Positions 29,964 through 41,058 of a DNA stretch of 64,000 nucleotides are shown piece by piece. This DNA comes from an uncultured Verrucomicrobiae bacterium (GTDB lineage: Bacteria; Verrucomicrobiota; Verrucomicrobiia; Chthoniobacterales; JAFAMB01): contig CAWEXO010000005.1 of NCBI GenBank assembly GCA_963813025.1, positions 1 through 64,000 of the forward strand. The letters run 5' to 3'. Position 1 is the stretch's first letter. Every line of letters starts with the position of its first letter. The translations under genes and the position numbers were made by a program. The notes beneath the pieces are model-generated. The model was not told the origin of the DNA and did no database searches. It saw only the letters and a list, made by a program, of their open reading frames with translations.

Positions 29964-32900
29964 ATGAAGGCAGTCTCTGTGCAAGCCAACACGGCAGAGG
30001 TTGAAGCGGCGGAAGATGTCTTTGTTCTTCCAACTTCGCTTGCACAGCAAAGGTTGTGGCTTCTCGATCAGCTCAATCCGCAAGCTGCCGCTTACAATAT
30101 GCCCACGGCGCTCCGCCTTATCGGGGACCTGGACATTGAAGCCTTAGAGCAAAGCCTCTCTGAAATCGTCCGGCGCCACGAGATATTGCGCACGACGTTT
30201 CGGGCGGTTGACGACGAGCCGATGCAAGTCATCGCACCAGCCCGGGCGGTGAGGCTGCCCATCACCGACTTACGCGAACTGGAGCCTGGCGCGCGTGCAC
30301 AGGAGGAGCGCCGACTGATCAATGAGGAAGCTTGGACCCCATTTGATCTTTCGTGCGGACCTTTACTGCGCACACGCTTGTTCCGCACGGGCACGGCGGA
30401 ACACGTCTTGGTGATAGTCCAACACCATATTACCAACGACGGGTGGTCCAAAGAGGTGTTCATGCGCGAGCTGATCATTGCGTATGAGGCGTTCGGCGAA
30501 GGATGCGAGCCAGAACTGCCGGAGTTGCCAATCCAGTATGCGGACTTCGCGCAGTGGCAGCGCGAACTGCTCCAAGGCGAGACGCTGGAACAAGAGCTGG
30601 AATACTGGCGAAGCCAGTTGGCGGATCTGCCCGGCTCCGAACTGCCCACCGATCGTCGGCGCCCACCGATCCAAACTTTCGCCGGCGCCACCGAATCATT
30701 CACTATAGCGCCTGAGCTCAGCAACGCGCTGAAGAACTTGAGCAAGCGCGAGCGCGCAACATTGTTCGCGACCCTGTTAACTGCGTTTAAAGTGTTAACC
30801 GCACGCTACTGCGGCCAGGAAGATATCGTCGTCGGGACTCCCAGCACAAACCGCACCCGTGCAGAGTTCGAACCGCTGATTGGATTTTTCGTTAACACGC
30901 TCGTGATCCGCACCAAACTGGATGCTGATCCAACCTTTCGGGAGGCGCTCCGGCGTGTACGCCAGACGGTGTTGGGCGCCCTGGAACACCAGGATTTGCC
31001 CTTTGATCGGCTCGTCCATGAGCTGGCTCCCACGCGGAATGTCAATCAGACCCCCTTCTTTCAGGTCATGTTCGCCCTGGCCGAGGCTCATTCCAAGACG
31101 CGAAGAATGGCTGATTTGCAAATGGTTCCGATCGAAATCAAAGACCGCTTCGCCAAGTTCGACCTCCTGCTGGAGGTTACCGATGAGCGTGATACTTTAC
31201 GCGGCTCGCTGAACTATAATGTCGATCTGTTCGACGCCGCCACCATCCGCCGGATGGCCGGCCATTTTTGCACCCTGCTCGCCGGGATTGTGGCGAACCC
31301 GGAGGCACGCCTCTCAGAGCTGCCGCTGCTTGATGATGCCGAGCGGCAGCAAATTCTGGTAGATTGGAATGACACCGGGCGGGAGTATCCCGCCACCAAC
31401 ATTTGTCTCCACGAGTTAATCGAGAAGCAGGTCGAGCGGACTCCGGATGCGGTTGCGCTGATTTTCGAAGAGGAGTCTCTTACTTACAGAGAACTGAACC
31501 GGCGCGCGAACCGGCTGGCGCATCGGCTGCGTCAGCTCGGCGTCGGCCCTGAGGCAATCGTCGGCGTTTTCGCTGAACGCTCGCTCGAGATGGCCACAGG
31601 CCTGATCGCCACGCTTAAGGCTGGCGGGGCGTATCTGCCACTCGATCCCACCTATCCGGCCGATCGACTCGCATTCATGCTTGGCGACGCCAAGCCGGCC
31701 GTTGTGCTCATGCAACGCCGCCTGGCTGCGCAGTTGCCTGCGCACGAGACAAAAGTCGTTTTCCTCGAGGACGATTTGGCTGGGGAGAGCGATACCAATA
31801 CCCCCAACTGCACGCAACCAGAGAATCTGGCCTACGTGATCTACACTTCGGGATCCACGGGTCAGCCGAAGGGTGTAATGATCACGCACCGCGGCGTCTG
31901 TAACCGGTTGCGGTGGGTGCAGGAGAGCTTTCCTCTGGACTCGAGCGATTGCATGATGTTGAAAGCACCCTTTACCTTCGATGTGTCGGTGAGTGAACTG
32001 TTCTGGCCGCTGATCGCCGGAGCGCGACTTGTCGTAGCGCGGCCTGGCGTGCAGGGGGACAGTCGCTATCTGATAGACACTATCTGCAAGCAGGGTATTA
32101 CGGTCTTGGAGTTCGTACCTGGATTGCTCTCAGCGCTCCTTGAGGATAAGGACTTTCTGCGTTGTTTATCGCTGCGGCTTGCATTCTGCGGCGGCGAGTG
32201 GCTGCCTGTCGATCTGCCGGAGCGCTTTTTCGCGGCGCTACCGCATGCCGAGTTGCATAACGCCTTCGGCCCGACCGAAACGACCATCGACGTGACATTT
32301 TGGAAATGCGAGCCCGGGGCGCGCGACAGCAACCCACCGATTGGCCGGCCGATCGCCAACACGCAAGCTTATATTCTGGATCGGGCCATGCAGCCGGTCC
32401 CAGTGGGTGTCGCGGGCGAACTCCACATCGCTGGGCTACAGCTCGCACGAGGCTATCTCGGAAGGCCTGACCTAACTGCCGAGAAATTTGTGCCGAATCC
32501 ATTTGCGGCGGGACGGCTCTACAAAACCGGCGATCTTTGCCGTTTTCGTTCTGACGGAGCGATTGAATTTCTGGGACGGATCGATCATCAGGTGAAGCTG
32601 AGAGGCTTCCGGATTGAGCTGGGGGAGGTTGAGGCCGTGCTCAAGAGACATCCCGCCGTGCGCGAATGCGTCGCAGTGGTGCGAGAGGATGGTACCGAGG
32701 CCAACAAGCGTCTGGTAAGTTATGTCGTGGCTAACGGCGTCAGCCCAGAGGAATTTCGCCGACACGCACAAGAGACTCTGGCCGGCTACATGGTACCTTC
32801 CGCGTTTGTGTTTTTGGACAAAATCCCCCGGACTTCGAGTGGCAAAGTCGACCGCAAGGCGCTGCCCGCACCGGACTTCGCGGCAGCGGCGAGCGCCTGG

Positions 32901-35900
32901 CGTGGGCCACGAACACCGCGCGAAGAGATTCTTTGCTCGCTTTTCAGGGAGATTCTTGGGCTGTCCCGGGTGGGGATTGATGACAACTTCTTTAATCTGG
33001 GAGGGGACAGCATCGGCTCAATTCAACTAGTCAGTCGTGCGCGCAAAGCCGGGCTGCTCATCACTCCGCGCGATGTGTTCGAGCATCAGACAGTGGAGGC
33101 GCTGGCTGCAGTGGCGAGCAGGATCAAAGACAGCGAGACACCGGCCCTGACCGGCCCTGAGAGCGGAGCAGGAGCGCTGCCGCCAACCCCGATCATCCAC
33201 CAGCTTTTAGAGCAGGGCGGACCGATCGGGCGTTTCAGCCAATCGATGCTGTTGCAAGTTCCGGCCAACCTTGTTCAGGAGCACCTGGTTGGCGCCTTAC
33301 AGGCTTTGCTCGATCATCATGACGCCTTGCGGCTGCGCCTGGTGCGAGCAGCCGGCTCAGGGGCTGGAAATTGGAGCCTGGAGATTCCGCCGCCCGGGGC
33401 GATCAGGGCGGCAGAGTGCCTTCGCCGGCTCGATGTATCGGGACTGGAAGAGCCCGCGCGCCAAGTGTGTATCAGGGCACAGACGGAGCCGGCCGAGGGC
33501 AGGCTTGCGCCTGAGGCCGGCATCATGGTCCAGGCCGTGTGGTTCGATGCCGGCCCGACTCGGCCGGGGCGGCTCTTATGGGTCATTCACCACCTGGCCG
33601 TTGACGGCGTGTCCTGGCGCATTCTTTTGCCTGATCTGGCTGCGGCCTACCGGGCGATTGAGACCGGTCAGCCGCCAAGGCTGACTCCGTGCGGCACCTC
33701 TTTCCGGCACTGGGCCCAACGGCTCAATGCTCAGGCTAAAGACCCGGCCCGGCTGAGCGAACTCTCCTTCTGGCAAGCAACACTGAGTGCACCAGATTTG
33801 CCGCTGAGTCTCCAAGCCCTCGATCCGGAGCGCGACACCCTCGGTACGGCAGGACGCATTTCCCTGACGTTGCCGGTCTCGGTGACCAGCCAGCTGCTGA
33901 CTGCGGTGCCGGCCGCCTTCCACGGCCGCATCAACGACGTGCTGCTGTGCGCATTAGCGCTGGCCGTCGCTGATTGGCGCCGGCGTCAGCAGCACTCCCA
34001 TAACGGCCATGGTGCCTCACAGAACGGCCACAGTGCCAGTAATACCGTACTGATTGATCTGGAGGGACATGGCCGCCAGGAGGAGAGCTTCGCTGGGGTC
34101 GATCTCTCGCGCACCGTGGGCTGGTTTACTTCCCTGTTCCCGGTTCGTCTCGATCCCGGTACGCTCAATTTGACTGAAGCTTTGGCTGGAGGACCGGCCT
34201 TGGCTCAGGCCCTCAAGCGCATTAAAGAACAGTTGCGCACCCTGCCCGACAACGGCCTTGGCTACGGCTTGTTACGGCATCTTAACCCGGAGGCCGCCGC
34301 CAGCCTTAGTGGACTGGCCACGCCCCAGATCTGCTTTAACTATCTGGGCCGCTTCAGCGTGCCCCAAGCCGCGGACTGGGCGATTGCTCCGGAGGCGGCT
34401 GAACTCGGGGCCGGCGGGGATCCCGCCATGCCTTTTAATTATTGCCTCAGAATTAATGCGGTCACCCATGATCTGGCGGCAGGTCCCCAGTTGACGGCCA
34501 GATGGTCCTGGCCGGGCGCACTATTGTCCAAGGAGGCGGTCAGTGATCTGGCCCAGAGCTGGTTTAGTGCGTTGCAAGCCCTGGTTGATCATGTCGCTCA
34601 GCCGGGAGCCGGCGGACACACTCCTTCGGACTTCCCCCTGGTAGCGCTTACTCAGGTTGAGATTGAACGCCTGGAGGCCGAGCATCCGAAACTGGAAGAT
34701 ATCTGGCCGCTGGCACCTTTGCAGCAAGGCTTACTCTTCCATGCCCTTTATGATACCCAAGGACTCGATGTTTACACCGTCCAAGTGGTGCTTGGGCTGG
34801 AAGGGTCCCTGCAGGAACCAGTACTCCAAGCAGCCGCAAACGCTCTTTTACAGCGCCATGCCAACCTGCGCGCCAGTTTCCAGCATAGCTTTAACCAACC
34901 GCTCCAACTCATCCACTCGGAGGTGTCTTTGCCCTGGCGCACGGTGGATCTTTCGACGCTTGAGCCGGCAGCTGCACGCGAGGAACACTTTGCCCAGCTC
35001 CTGGCCCAGGATCGCGCTCAACACTTTGATCTGAGCGCTGCTCCCCTCCTGCGCTTTACCCTGGCCCGTTTCGGGCCAGACCAGCATCGGCTCATCCTAA
35101 CCAAGCATCACATCCTTATGGACGGTTGGTCGGGGCCCATCCTGGTTCGGGAACTGTTCACTCTCTATGCCCAAAATGGCAAGAGCAGTGCTCTGCCGCG
35201 AGTGACCCCCTATCGGGATTATCTCGCCTGGCTCGCCGCCCAGGATCAGGCTGCGGCCAGAGCTGCCTGGCAGGCTCAATTGGCTGGGCTCGAGGAGCCG
35301 ACCCGGCTGGCTGCCCCTCACTCGGGACGCGCCCCTGCTGCTCCGGAACGGATCATCCTGGATCTGCCCAAACCACTGACTGAGGCCCTTACCCGGCAGG
35401 CTCGTTCCAACAGCCTGACGCTTAACACCATTTTACAAGGCGCCTGGGCCATCCTCCTGGGGCGTCTGACGGGCCGCGACGATGTGGTCTTTGGCGTCAC
35501 CGTGAGTGGCCGGCCGCCGGAGATCCCCGGCATCGAGTCCATGGTCGGACTCTTCATTAATACTCTCCCCTTGCGCGCTCGATTGCGGTGGAGCGATTCG
35601 CTGATCGAACTTTTCACTCACCTGCAGCAGAATCAGGCTCAGCTTCTGGCCCATCAGCATCTGGGACTGCATGAGATCCAGCGCTTGGCGGGTTTGCGCG
35701 AACTGTTCGATACACTGCTGGTCTTCGAAAACTACCCCATTGAAGGCAGCGCCAAGGGAAAATCCTTTGCCGGCTTACGCCTGACCAGCGCCAAAGGAAC
35801 AGATGCCAGCCACTATCCTCTGAGCCTCGTCGTGGCGCCCGGGGAACGTTTGCGTCTGCGACTCGATTATCGTCCCGATTGCTTCGAGCCCAGCAGCGCT

Positions 35901-38789
35901 GAAGCGATCGCTCAACGCCTGGCGCGTTTACTGGAGGCCGTTGTCGCTGATCCGGACCAGGCAATCGGCACGGTGGATCTCCTTGCTCCCCAAGAACGTC
36001 AGCAAATTTTGGTGGACTGGACCCGCACCGAGACCCAATTCCCGCGCGACGCCAGCATTAGCGAGCTTTTGGAGCAGCAAGTCGCCCGGACCCCGGAGGC
36101 AATCGCGATTGAGCATGGCACGACTCGTTGGACCTATCGCGAACTCAATGAGCGAGCCAACCGGCTGGCGCACGCCCTCCGCGACGCAGGGGCAGGCGCA
36201 GAAGCGCTGATCGGCATTTGCCTGGAGCGATCCGCCGAGATGATTGCCGCAATGCTGGCGATCTTGAAGGCCGGGGGTGCTTACGTACCGATCGATCCGG
36301 CCTATCCGGCTGAGCGACGTTCGCTGATGCTTGAGGGTGTTCCGTTGTTAGTGACCACCGGGCAGCTTGCTCAAGAATTTGCCGACTGCACGGCACGGGT
36401 GGTTTGCGTCGATGATCAACGGGTCTTAGCGGCCAGCAGGCAAAACCTGCCCTACGTGACTAACGGCGGCAGTCTCGCCTATGTGATCTACACTTCGGGC
36501 TCGACGGGCCAGCCCAAAGGCGTCGCCATTGTGCACCGCGCGGTGAATCGGCTGGTCATCAACACTAACTACATTGCTCTCGACCAATCGGACGTAGTTG
36601 CCCAAACCTCCAACTGTTGTTTTGACGCGGCGACCTTTGAAATCTGGGGTGCGCTGTTAAACGGCGCGCGTCTGGTCGTGCTCAGCAAGGATCTCACTCT
36701 GTCGCCCGCGAGCTTTCTGAAAGAAATCAAACAGCGTGGGATCACTACCCTTTGGCTCACGACCTCGCTCTTTAATCTGATGGCTCAGCACGAGCCGCGT
36801 GCTTTTGCCGGGCTGCGCAATGTCCTCTTCGGTGGGGAGGCCGCGGACGCGCGCAGTGTGGCTGCGGTACTGAAACAAGGCGCGCCCGGGCGTCTCATCA
36901 ACGGCTATGGGCCGACCGAGACAACGACATTCGCGATCTGCCACGAAGTCCGTTCTGTGCCCGAAGAGGCGGCATCTATCCCCATTGGACGACCGATTTC
37001 CAATACGACGATTTACATCCTCGATGCCCACCAAAATCCTGTGCCGATTGGGGTTGCCGGGGAAATCTACATCGGCGGACCGGGTGTCGCACGAGGCTAT
37101 GTCGGCGCGCCGGAACTGACCGCCGAGCGGTTCCTTCCTGATCGGTTTTCGAGCGAACCCGATGCGCGTCTCTACAGAACGGGCGACCTGGCGCGCTGGT
37201 TACCCGATGGCACCATCGAGTACCTGGGCCGCATTGACCAGCAGGTCAAAATCAGGGGCTTTCGCATTGAACCTGGCGAGATCGAAGCGGCCTTAAAGCA
37301 GCACCCGGCAGTACGCGATGCGGTGGTCGTGGTCGGCGAGCATGCCTCGGGTGATAAGCGTCTGGTGGCCTATGTCGCGGGCGAAGTCTCGGCACTGAAT
37401 GACACCGCGTTACGTGATTTTTTAAAAGCGAAATTGCCCGACTACATGGTGCCTTCGGCCATTGTGGCTTTGGAGAAATTTCCGCTCAACGCCAATGGCA
37501 AGCTGGACCGCCATGCGCTGCCCGAGCCGGATCAAAGCGCCGCGAGCGAGCACTATGTGGCGCCGCGCAACCAACTCGAAGAGCAATTGGTCAAACTGTG
37601 GCAAGAGGTGCTCGGGGTCCAGCCCCTCGGCGTCACCAACGATTTCTTTGCGCTGGGCGGTCACTCGCTGCTGGCGGTACGGATCTTTGCCGCGATCGAA
37701 AGCATTTTTGGAAAGAAACTCCCCTTGGCGACCCTATTCCAAAGCCCGACCATCGAAAAGCTGGCGGCGGCTCTGCGGGAGCAAGGCTGGCAACCGAGCT
37801 GGTCGCCCCTGGTGGCGATCCAGCCGCGCGGACTGCGGCCGCCCTTTTTCGCGGTACACGCCGGCTTGGGCGAAGTGATGTTTTACAGCGAACTGGCACG
37901 GTGCCTGGGTGAGGATCAACCCTTTTACGGCCTTCAGGCCGAAGGCCTGGACGGCGGTCCGATCCGGCATACTTCAATAGAAGCGATCGCGCGCTATTAC
38001 CTCCAGGAGATTCGTCGAGTCCAGGCGCACGGCCCCTATTTTTTGGGCGGCTATTGTACGGGAGGCCTGGTTGCCTTGGAGATGGCGCAGCAACTCCGCT
38101 CAGCCGGTGAGGACGTAGCTCTACTGGCGCTCTTTGACACCATCCATTCAGAGCAACCGACCCTCCACTCCAGCATTAGCAAGCGAATCCAACTGGCGTT
38201 AGAAGAAGCCCGAGCTCTGCCGCCAAGCGATAAGATGCGCTACTTCGCGCAACGCGCCGCGCACCGGCTGAAATGGGAAGTCTCTAAGCTGCAGAAGACC
38301 GGCTACGATTTGAAAGAGCTGCTTTACAAGATGCGAAAGCCTGACAGGGAAAAAGCTAACGGTGGGCCCTTGCCTCTCAAAATACCGGTCTGGCTGATGC
38401 TACGCCGTGCGCAGTCAGCCTATAAGCCACGCCCTTACCCTGGGCGCATTGTTCTCTTTCGGCCAATAACCTCCGACGGCCGCGAACCGGCTGAAGATCG
38501 CGGCTGGACCGAGATCGCGGAAGGCGGCCTCGAAATTCACGACGTGCCGGGTAAGCATGGAACTCTTTTTGAACCACGCTATGTGTCGTCGCTTGCTGAA
38601 AAATTGGACGCCTGCATCCGAACCGCACGCAACAGCCAGTTGACGTTTTGCAAGACCGACGAGTCGAAAAAGTGCGCTGAAACCATCACCCTGAGACACG
38701 AAGCAAAATTAATCTCTGAAAAAATTCTTTTACCGGCCTACACATCTTCAGCATCCAAGGGATCCTCCGAGTGCGGCTCATCCGAATAG
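29964..38789 (+). CDS. NRPS-C: C-A-T-E-C-A-T-TE
   Basis: A codes by eye DVSEFGAIDK (Orn-like) and DAFWLGGTFK (Val-like); T GGDSI before E (HHLAVDGVSW, EGHGRQE, RTVGWFT); C HHILMDGWS; TE GYCTG. Confidence 0.95.
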   Translation: MKAVSVQANTAEVEAAEDVFVLPTSLAQQRLWLLDQLNPQAAAYNMPTALRLIGDLDIEALEQSLSEIVRRHEILRTTFRAVDDEPMQVIAPARAVRLPITDLRELEPGARAQEERRLINEEAWTPFDLSCGPLLRTRLFRTGTAEHVLVIVQHHITNDGWSKEVFMRELIIAYEAFGEGCEPELPELPIQYADFAQWQRELLQGETLEQELEYWRSQLADLPGSELPTDRRRPPIQTFAGATESFTIAPELSNALKNLSKRERATLFATLLTAFKVLTARYCGQEDIVVGTPSTNRTRAEFEPLIGFFVNTLVIRTKLDADPTFREALRRVRQTVLGALEHQDLPFDRLVHELAPTRNVNQTPFFQVMFALAEAHSKTRRMADLQMVPIEIKDRFAKFDLLLEVTDERDTLRGSLNYNVDLFDAATIRRMAGHFCTLLAGIVANPEARLSELPLLDDAERQQILVDWNDTGREYPATNICLHELIEKQVERTPDAVALIFEEESLTYRELNRRANRLAHRLRQLGVGPEAIVGVFAERSLEMATGLIATLKAGGAYLPLDPTYPADRLAFMLGDAKPAVVLMQRRLAAQLPAHETKVVFLEDDLAGESDTNTPNCTQPENLAYVIYTSGSTGQPKGVMITHRGVCNRLRWVQESFPLDSSDCMMLKAPFTFDVSVSELFWPLIAGARLVVARPGVQGDSRYLIDTICKQGITVLEFVPGLLSALLEDKDFLRCLSLRLAFCGGEWLPVDLPERFFAALPHAELHNAFGPTETTIDVTFWKCEPGARDSNPPIGRPIANTQAYILDRAMQPVPVGVAGELHIAGLQLARGYLGRPDLTAEKFVPNPFAAGRLYKTGDLCRFRSDGAIEFLGRIDHQVKLRGFRIELGEVEAVLKRHPAVRECVAVVREDGTEANKRLVSYVVANGVSPEEFRRHAQETLAGYMVPSAFVFLDKIPRTSSGKVDRKALPAPDFAAAASAWRGPRTPREEILCSLFREILGLSRVGIDDNFFNLGGDSIGSIQLVSRARKAGLLITPRDVFEHQTVEALAAVASRIKDSETPALTGPESGAGALPPTPIIHQLLEQGGPIGRFSQSMLLQVPANLVQEHLVGALQALLDHHDALRLRLVRAAGSGAGNWSLEIPPPGAIRAAECLRRLDVSGLEEPARQVCIRAQTEPAEGRLAPEAGIMVQAVWFDAGPTRPGRLLWVIHHLAVDGVSWRILLPDLAAAYRAIETGQPPRLTPCGTSFRHWAQRLNAQAKDPARLSELSFWQATLSAPDLPLSLQALDPERDTLGTAGRISLTLPVSVTSQLLTAVPAAFHGRINDVLLCALALAVADWRRRQQHSHNGHGASQNGHSASNTVLIDLEGHGRQEESFAGVDLSRTVGWFTSLFPVRLDPGTLNLTEALAGGPALAQALKRIKEQLRTLPDNGLGYGLLRHLNPEAAASLSGLATPQICFNYLGRFSVPQAADWAIAPEAAELGAGGDPAMPFNYCLRINAVTHDLAAGPQLTARWSWPGALLSKEAVSDLAQSWFSALQALVDHVAQPGAGGHTPSDFPLVALTQVEIERLEAEHPKLEDIWPLAPLQQGLLFHALYDTQGLDVYTVQVVLGLEGSLQEPVLQAAANALLQRHANLRASFQHSFNQPLQLIHSEVSLPWRTVDLSTLEPAAAREEHFAQLLAQDRAQHFDLSAAPLLRFTLARFGPDQHRLILTKHHILMDGWSGPILVRELFTLYAQNGKSSALPRVTPYRDYLAWLAAQDQAAARAAWQAQLAGLEEPTRLAAPHSGRAPAAPERIILDLPKPLTEALTRQARSNSLTLNTILQGAWAILLGRLTGRDDVVFGVTVSGRPPEIPGIESMVGLFINTLPLRARLRWSDSLIELFTHLQQNQAQLLAHQHLGLHEIQRLAGLRELFDTLLVFENYPIEGSAKGKSFAGLRLTSAKGTDASHYPLSLVVAPGERLRLRLDYRPDCFEPSSAEAIAQRLARLLEAVVADPDQAIGTVDLLAPQERQQILVDWTRTETQFPRDASISELLEQQVARTPEAIAIEHGTTRWTYRELNERANRLAHALRDAGAGAEALIGICLERSAEMIAAMLAILKAGGAYVPIDPAYPAERRSLMLEGVPLLVTTGQLAQEFADCTARVVCVDDQRVLAASRQNLPYVTNGGSLAYVIYTSGSTGQPKGVAIVHRAVNRLVINTNYIALDQSDVVAQTSNCCFDAATFEIWGALLNGARLVVLSKDLTLSPASFLKEIKQRGITTLWLTTSLFNLMAQHEPRAFAGLRNVLFGGEAADARSVAAVLKQGAPGRLINGYGPTETTTFAICHEVRSVPEEAASIPIGRPISNTTIYILDAHQNPVPIGVAGEIYIGGPGVARGYVGAPELTAERFLPDRFSSEPDARLYRTGDLARWLPDGTIEYLGRIDQQVKIRGFRIEPGEIEAALKQHPAVRDAVVVVGEHASGDKRLVAYVAGEVSALNDTALRDFLKAKLPDYMVPSAIVALEKFPLNANGKLDRHALPEPDQSAASEHYVAPRNQLEEQLVKLWQEVLGVQPLGVTNDFFALGGHSLLAVRIFAAIESIFGKKLPLATLFQSPTIEKLAAALREQGWQPSWSPLVAIQPRGLRPPFFAVHAGLGEVMFYSELARCLGEDQPFYGLQAEGLDGGPIRHTSIEAIARYYLQEIRRVQAHGPYFLGGYCTGGLVALEMAQQLRSAGEDVALLALFDTIHSEQPTLHSSISKRIQLALEEARALPPSDKMRYFAQRAAHRLKWEVSKLQKTGYDLKELLYKMRKPDREKANGGPLPLKIPVWLMLRRAQSAYKPRPYPGRIVLFRPITSDGREPAEDRGWTEIAEGGLEIHDVPGKHGTLFEPRYVSSLAEKLDACIRTARNSQLTFCKTDESKKCAETITLRHEAKLISEKILLPAYTSSASKGSSECGSSE

Positions 38790-39048
38790 TCTCGGTAAAA
38801 GAGTTGTAAACATGTTTTCTGAAGTGGGCCCGGGCGGGAGACGGTTTTGAGTCGGATTCCTTGTGCGTCGAACGCGCAACAACATTCACCGGGCGTTCCT
38901 AACTCCTGCGCATTTCTCACCGTTTATCCAAAGAATCGCGCGTCCGGAACAATACGCCACCTTCGTGCGGAGAGGAAAAATATGGCGGAAATGTCACGCG
39001 AATTCGCTCAGGTTGTCCTGCAGCAGACCGTAAATTCAGGTTAGCCAT

Positions 39049-40980
39049 ATGACAATGCTAAGTCGCACGAAAGGCGGTGCAACGACCGCCGAAGCTGGTG
39101 GTGACGTGAAAATCTCAGAGCTGCCGCTGCTCGATGAGATGCTGTTCGAGTGGAACAAAAACTCACGCGACTATCCCGCGGACGTCTGCTTGCACGAATT
39201 GATCGAGGCGCAGGTCGAACGAACTCCCGACGCGATCGCGCTGGTCTTCGAGGATGAATCGCTCAGTTATAGAGAGCTGAACCGGCGCGCGAACCGGCTC
39301 GCCTATCGCTTGCGGGAGGTTGGTGTCGGACCCGAAGTAATCGTCGGAATCTTCGCCGAGCGCTCGCTAGCGATGATTGTCGGCCTCTTGGCTACGTTAA
39401 AGGCCGGCGGCGCCTATCTGCCGCTTGATCTCGATTACCCGCTCGAGCGTCTGGCATTTATGCTTGGAGACGCAAAGCCGCTGCTTGTGCTCACGCAACG
39501 CGACCGGCAAACAGCGTTTCCGCCGCATACCGCCGGGATTATTTGCCTGGATGAAGATTTCGACGCTGCTAACGAGGCAAATTTGGCCAGCGGCGTCCGG
39601 GCCGAAAACCTGGCTTATGTGCTCTACACTTCCGGGTCAACAGGTCAGCCAAAGGGCGTAATGATCACGCACCGAGCTATCTGTAACCGGTCACTCTGGG
39701 TTCAGGAGAAATTTCATCTTACCTCTGATGATTGCATGATGCTAAAGGCGCCGTTGACCTACGATGTGTCCGTCAGCGAAATATTCTGGCCGCTGAGCGC
39801 GGGGGCGCGGCTTTTGCTGGCGCGGCCTGGCCTGCAGGGGGACAGCCGGTACCTCATCGAGACGGTTTGCAAGAACACTGTTACCACCTTGAACTTCGCA
39901 CCGGCAATGCTCGCGGCGCTTCTCGAGGATAAAGAAGTCGGGCGGTGTTTATCGCTGCGACGAGTTTTTTCCGGCGGCGAAAGACTGCCGTTCGATCTGC
40001 CGGAGCGCTTTTTCGCGGCGCTACCACATGCCGAGCTGCATAACGCCTACGGTCCGACCGAAACGACCATCGACGTGACATATTGGAAATGCAAACCCGG
40101 GACGCGTGACAGCAATCCGCCGATTGGTCTCCCGCACGCAAACACGCAAACTTACGTTCTTGATCGGGCTATGCAGCCGGTTCCAGCAGGTGACGCTGGC
40201 GAACTCCACATCGGCGGCGTGCAACTCGCGCGAGGCTATCTGGGCAGGCCCGAGCTGACTGCCGAGAAATTTGTGCCGAATCCATTCGACGAAGGACGAC
40301 TTTATAAAACGGGTGACCTCGCGCGCTATAGGTCCGATGGCGCAATCGAGTATCTGGGGCGCATCGATTCTCAGGTGAAATTGCGCGGATTTCGTATCGA
40401 GCTTGGCGAGGTCGAGGCGGTGCTCAATGCACATCCCGCCGTGCGTGATTGCGTGGCGCTGCTGCGCGAAACCGGGTCAAGCAGCCGGTTGGTCGGATAC
40501 ATTGTAGCCAGCGGTGTCACGTCTCCTGATTTGCGGCAGTACGCGAAAAAGAGTTTACCCGATTTTATGGTGCCTTCGGCGTTTGTTTTCCTTGAAAAGC
40601 TACCGCTGATGGCAAACGGAAAACTTGATCGGCGCGCGCTGCCAGAACCCGAGCAGCGGAGTCAGCCATTTGTCGAGCCACGCACGCCTTTAGAACAGAA
40701 AGTGGCGAAAATCTGGGAGGATGCCCTGGGCATCGACAGTGTGGGCGCACACGACAATTTCTTCGAACTCGGTGGCCATTCCCTTTCCGCCCTTGGTGTG
40801 GCGAATCAGTTACGCGATTTGGCTGGCGGTCAAGTGTCGTTGGGGTTGGTCCTCCGGGCACCTACCGTCGCGCAGCTCGCGGAACTGCTCGAACAAAAGT
40901 ACTTCGGTAAAACGGCGTCAAAGCTCACCATTGCGACGAAGCAAGGGAATGACCGAAAGATCATGAAGTTGCCCCGTTAA
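39049..40980 (+). CDS. Stand-alone NRPS A-T didomain (NRPS-D)
   Basis: All A core motifs; code by eye DVSNFGAIDK; T FFELGGHSL; close paralog of the first A domain of NRPS-C. Confidence 0.93.
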   Translation: MTMLSRTKGGATTAEAGGDVKISELPLLDEMLFEWNKNSRDYPADVCLHELIEAQVERTPDAIALVFEDESLSYRELNRRANRLAYRLREVGVGPEVIVGIFAERSLAMIVGLLATLKAGGAYLPLDLDYPLERLAFMLGDAKPLLVLTQRDRQTAFPPHTAGIICLDEDFDAANEANLASGVRAENLAYVLYTSGSTGQPKGVMITHRAICNRSLWVQEKFHLTSDDCMMLKAPLTYDVSVSEIFWPLSAGARLLLARPGLQGDSRYLIETVCKNTVTTLNFAPAMLAALLEDKEVGRCLSLRRVFSGGERLPFDLPERFFAALPHAELHNAYGPTETTIDVTYWKCKPGTRDSNPPIGLPHANTQTYVLDRAMQPVPAGDAGELHIGGVQLARGYLGRPELTAEKFVPNPFDEGRLYKTGDLARYRSDGAIEYLGRIDSQVKLRGFRIELGEVEAVLNAHPAVRDCVALLRETGSSSRLVGYIVASGVTSPDLRQYAKKSLPDFMVPSAFVFLEKLPLMANGKLDRRALPEPEQRSQPFVEPRTPLEQKVAKIWEDALGIDSVGAHDNFFELGGHSLSALGVANQLRDLAGGQVSLGLVLRAPTVAQLAELLEQKYFGKTASKLTIATKQGNDRKIMKLPR

Positions 40981-41058
40981 CCGGTACAGGCGCAACTGGG
41001 ATATCTTCCCCGCGCTCCACCGGCCGTGCCTTGATAGATGATGTAATTACACAACTTT

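Noticed and set aside
29663..30004. 113-aa ORF before NRPS-C, and 21603-21806
   Set aside because: Not conserved as ORFs between the two homologous leaders
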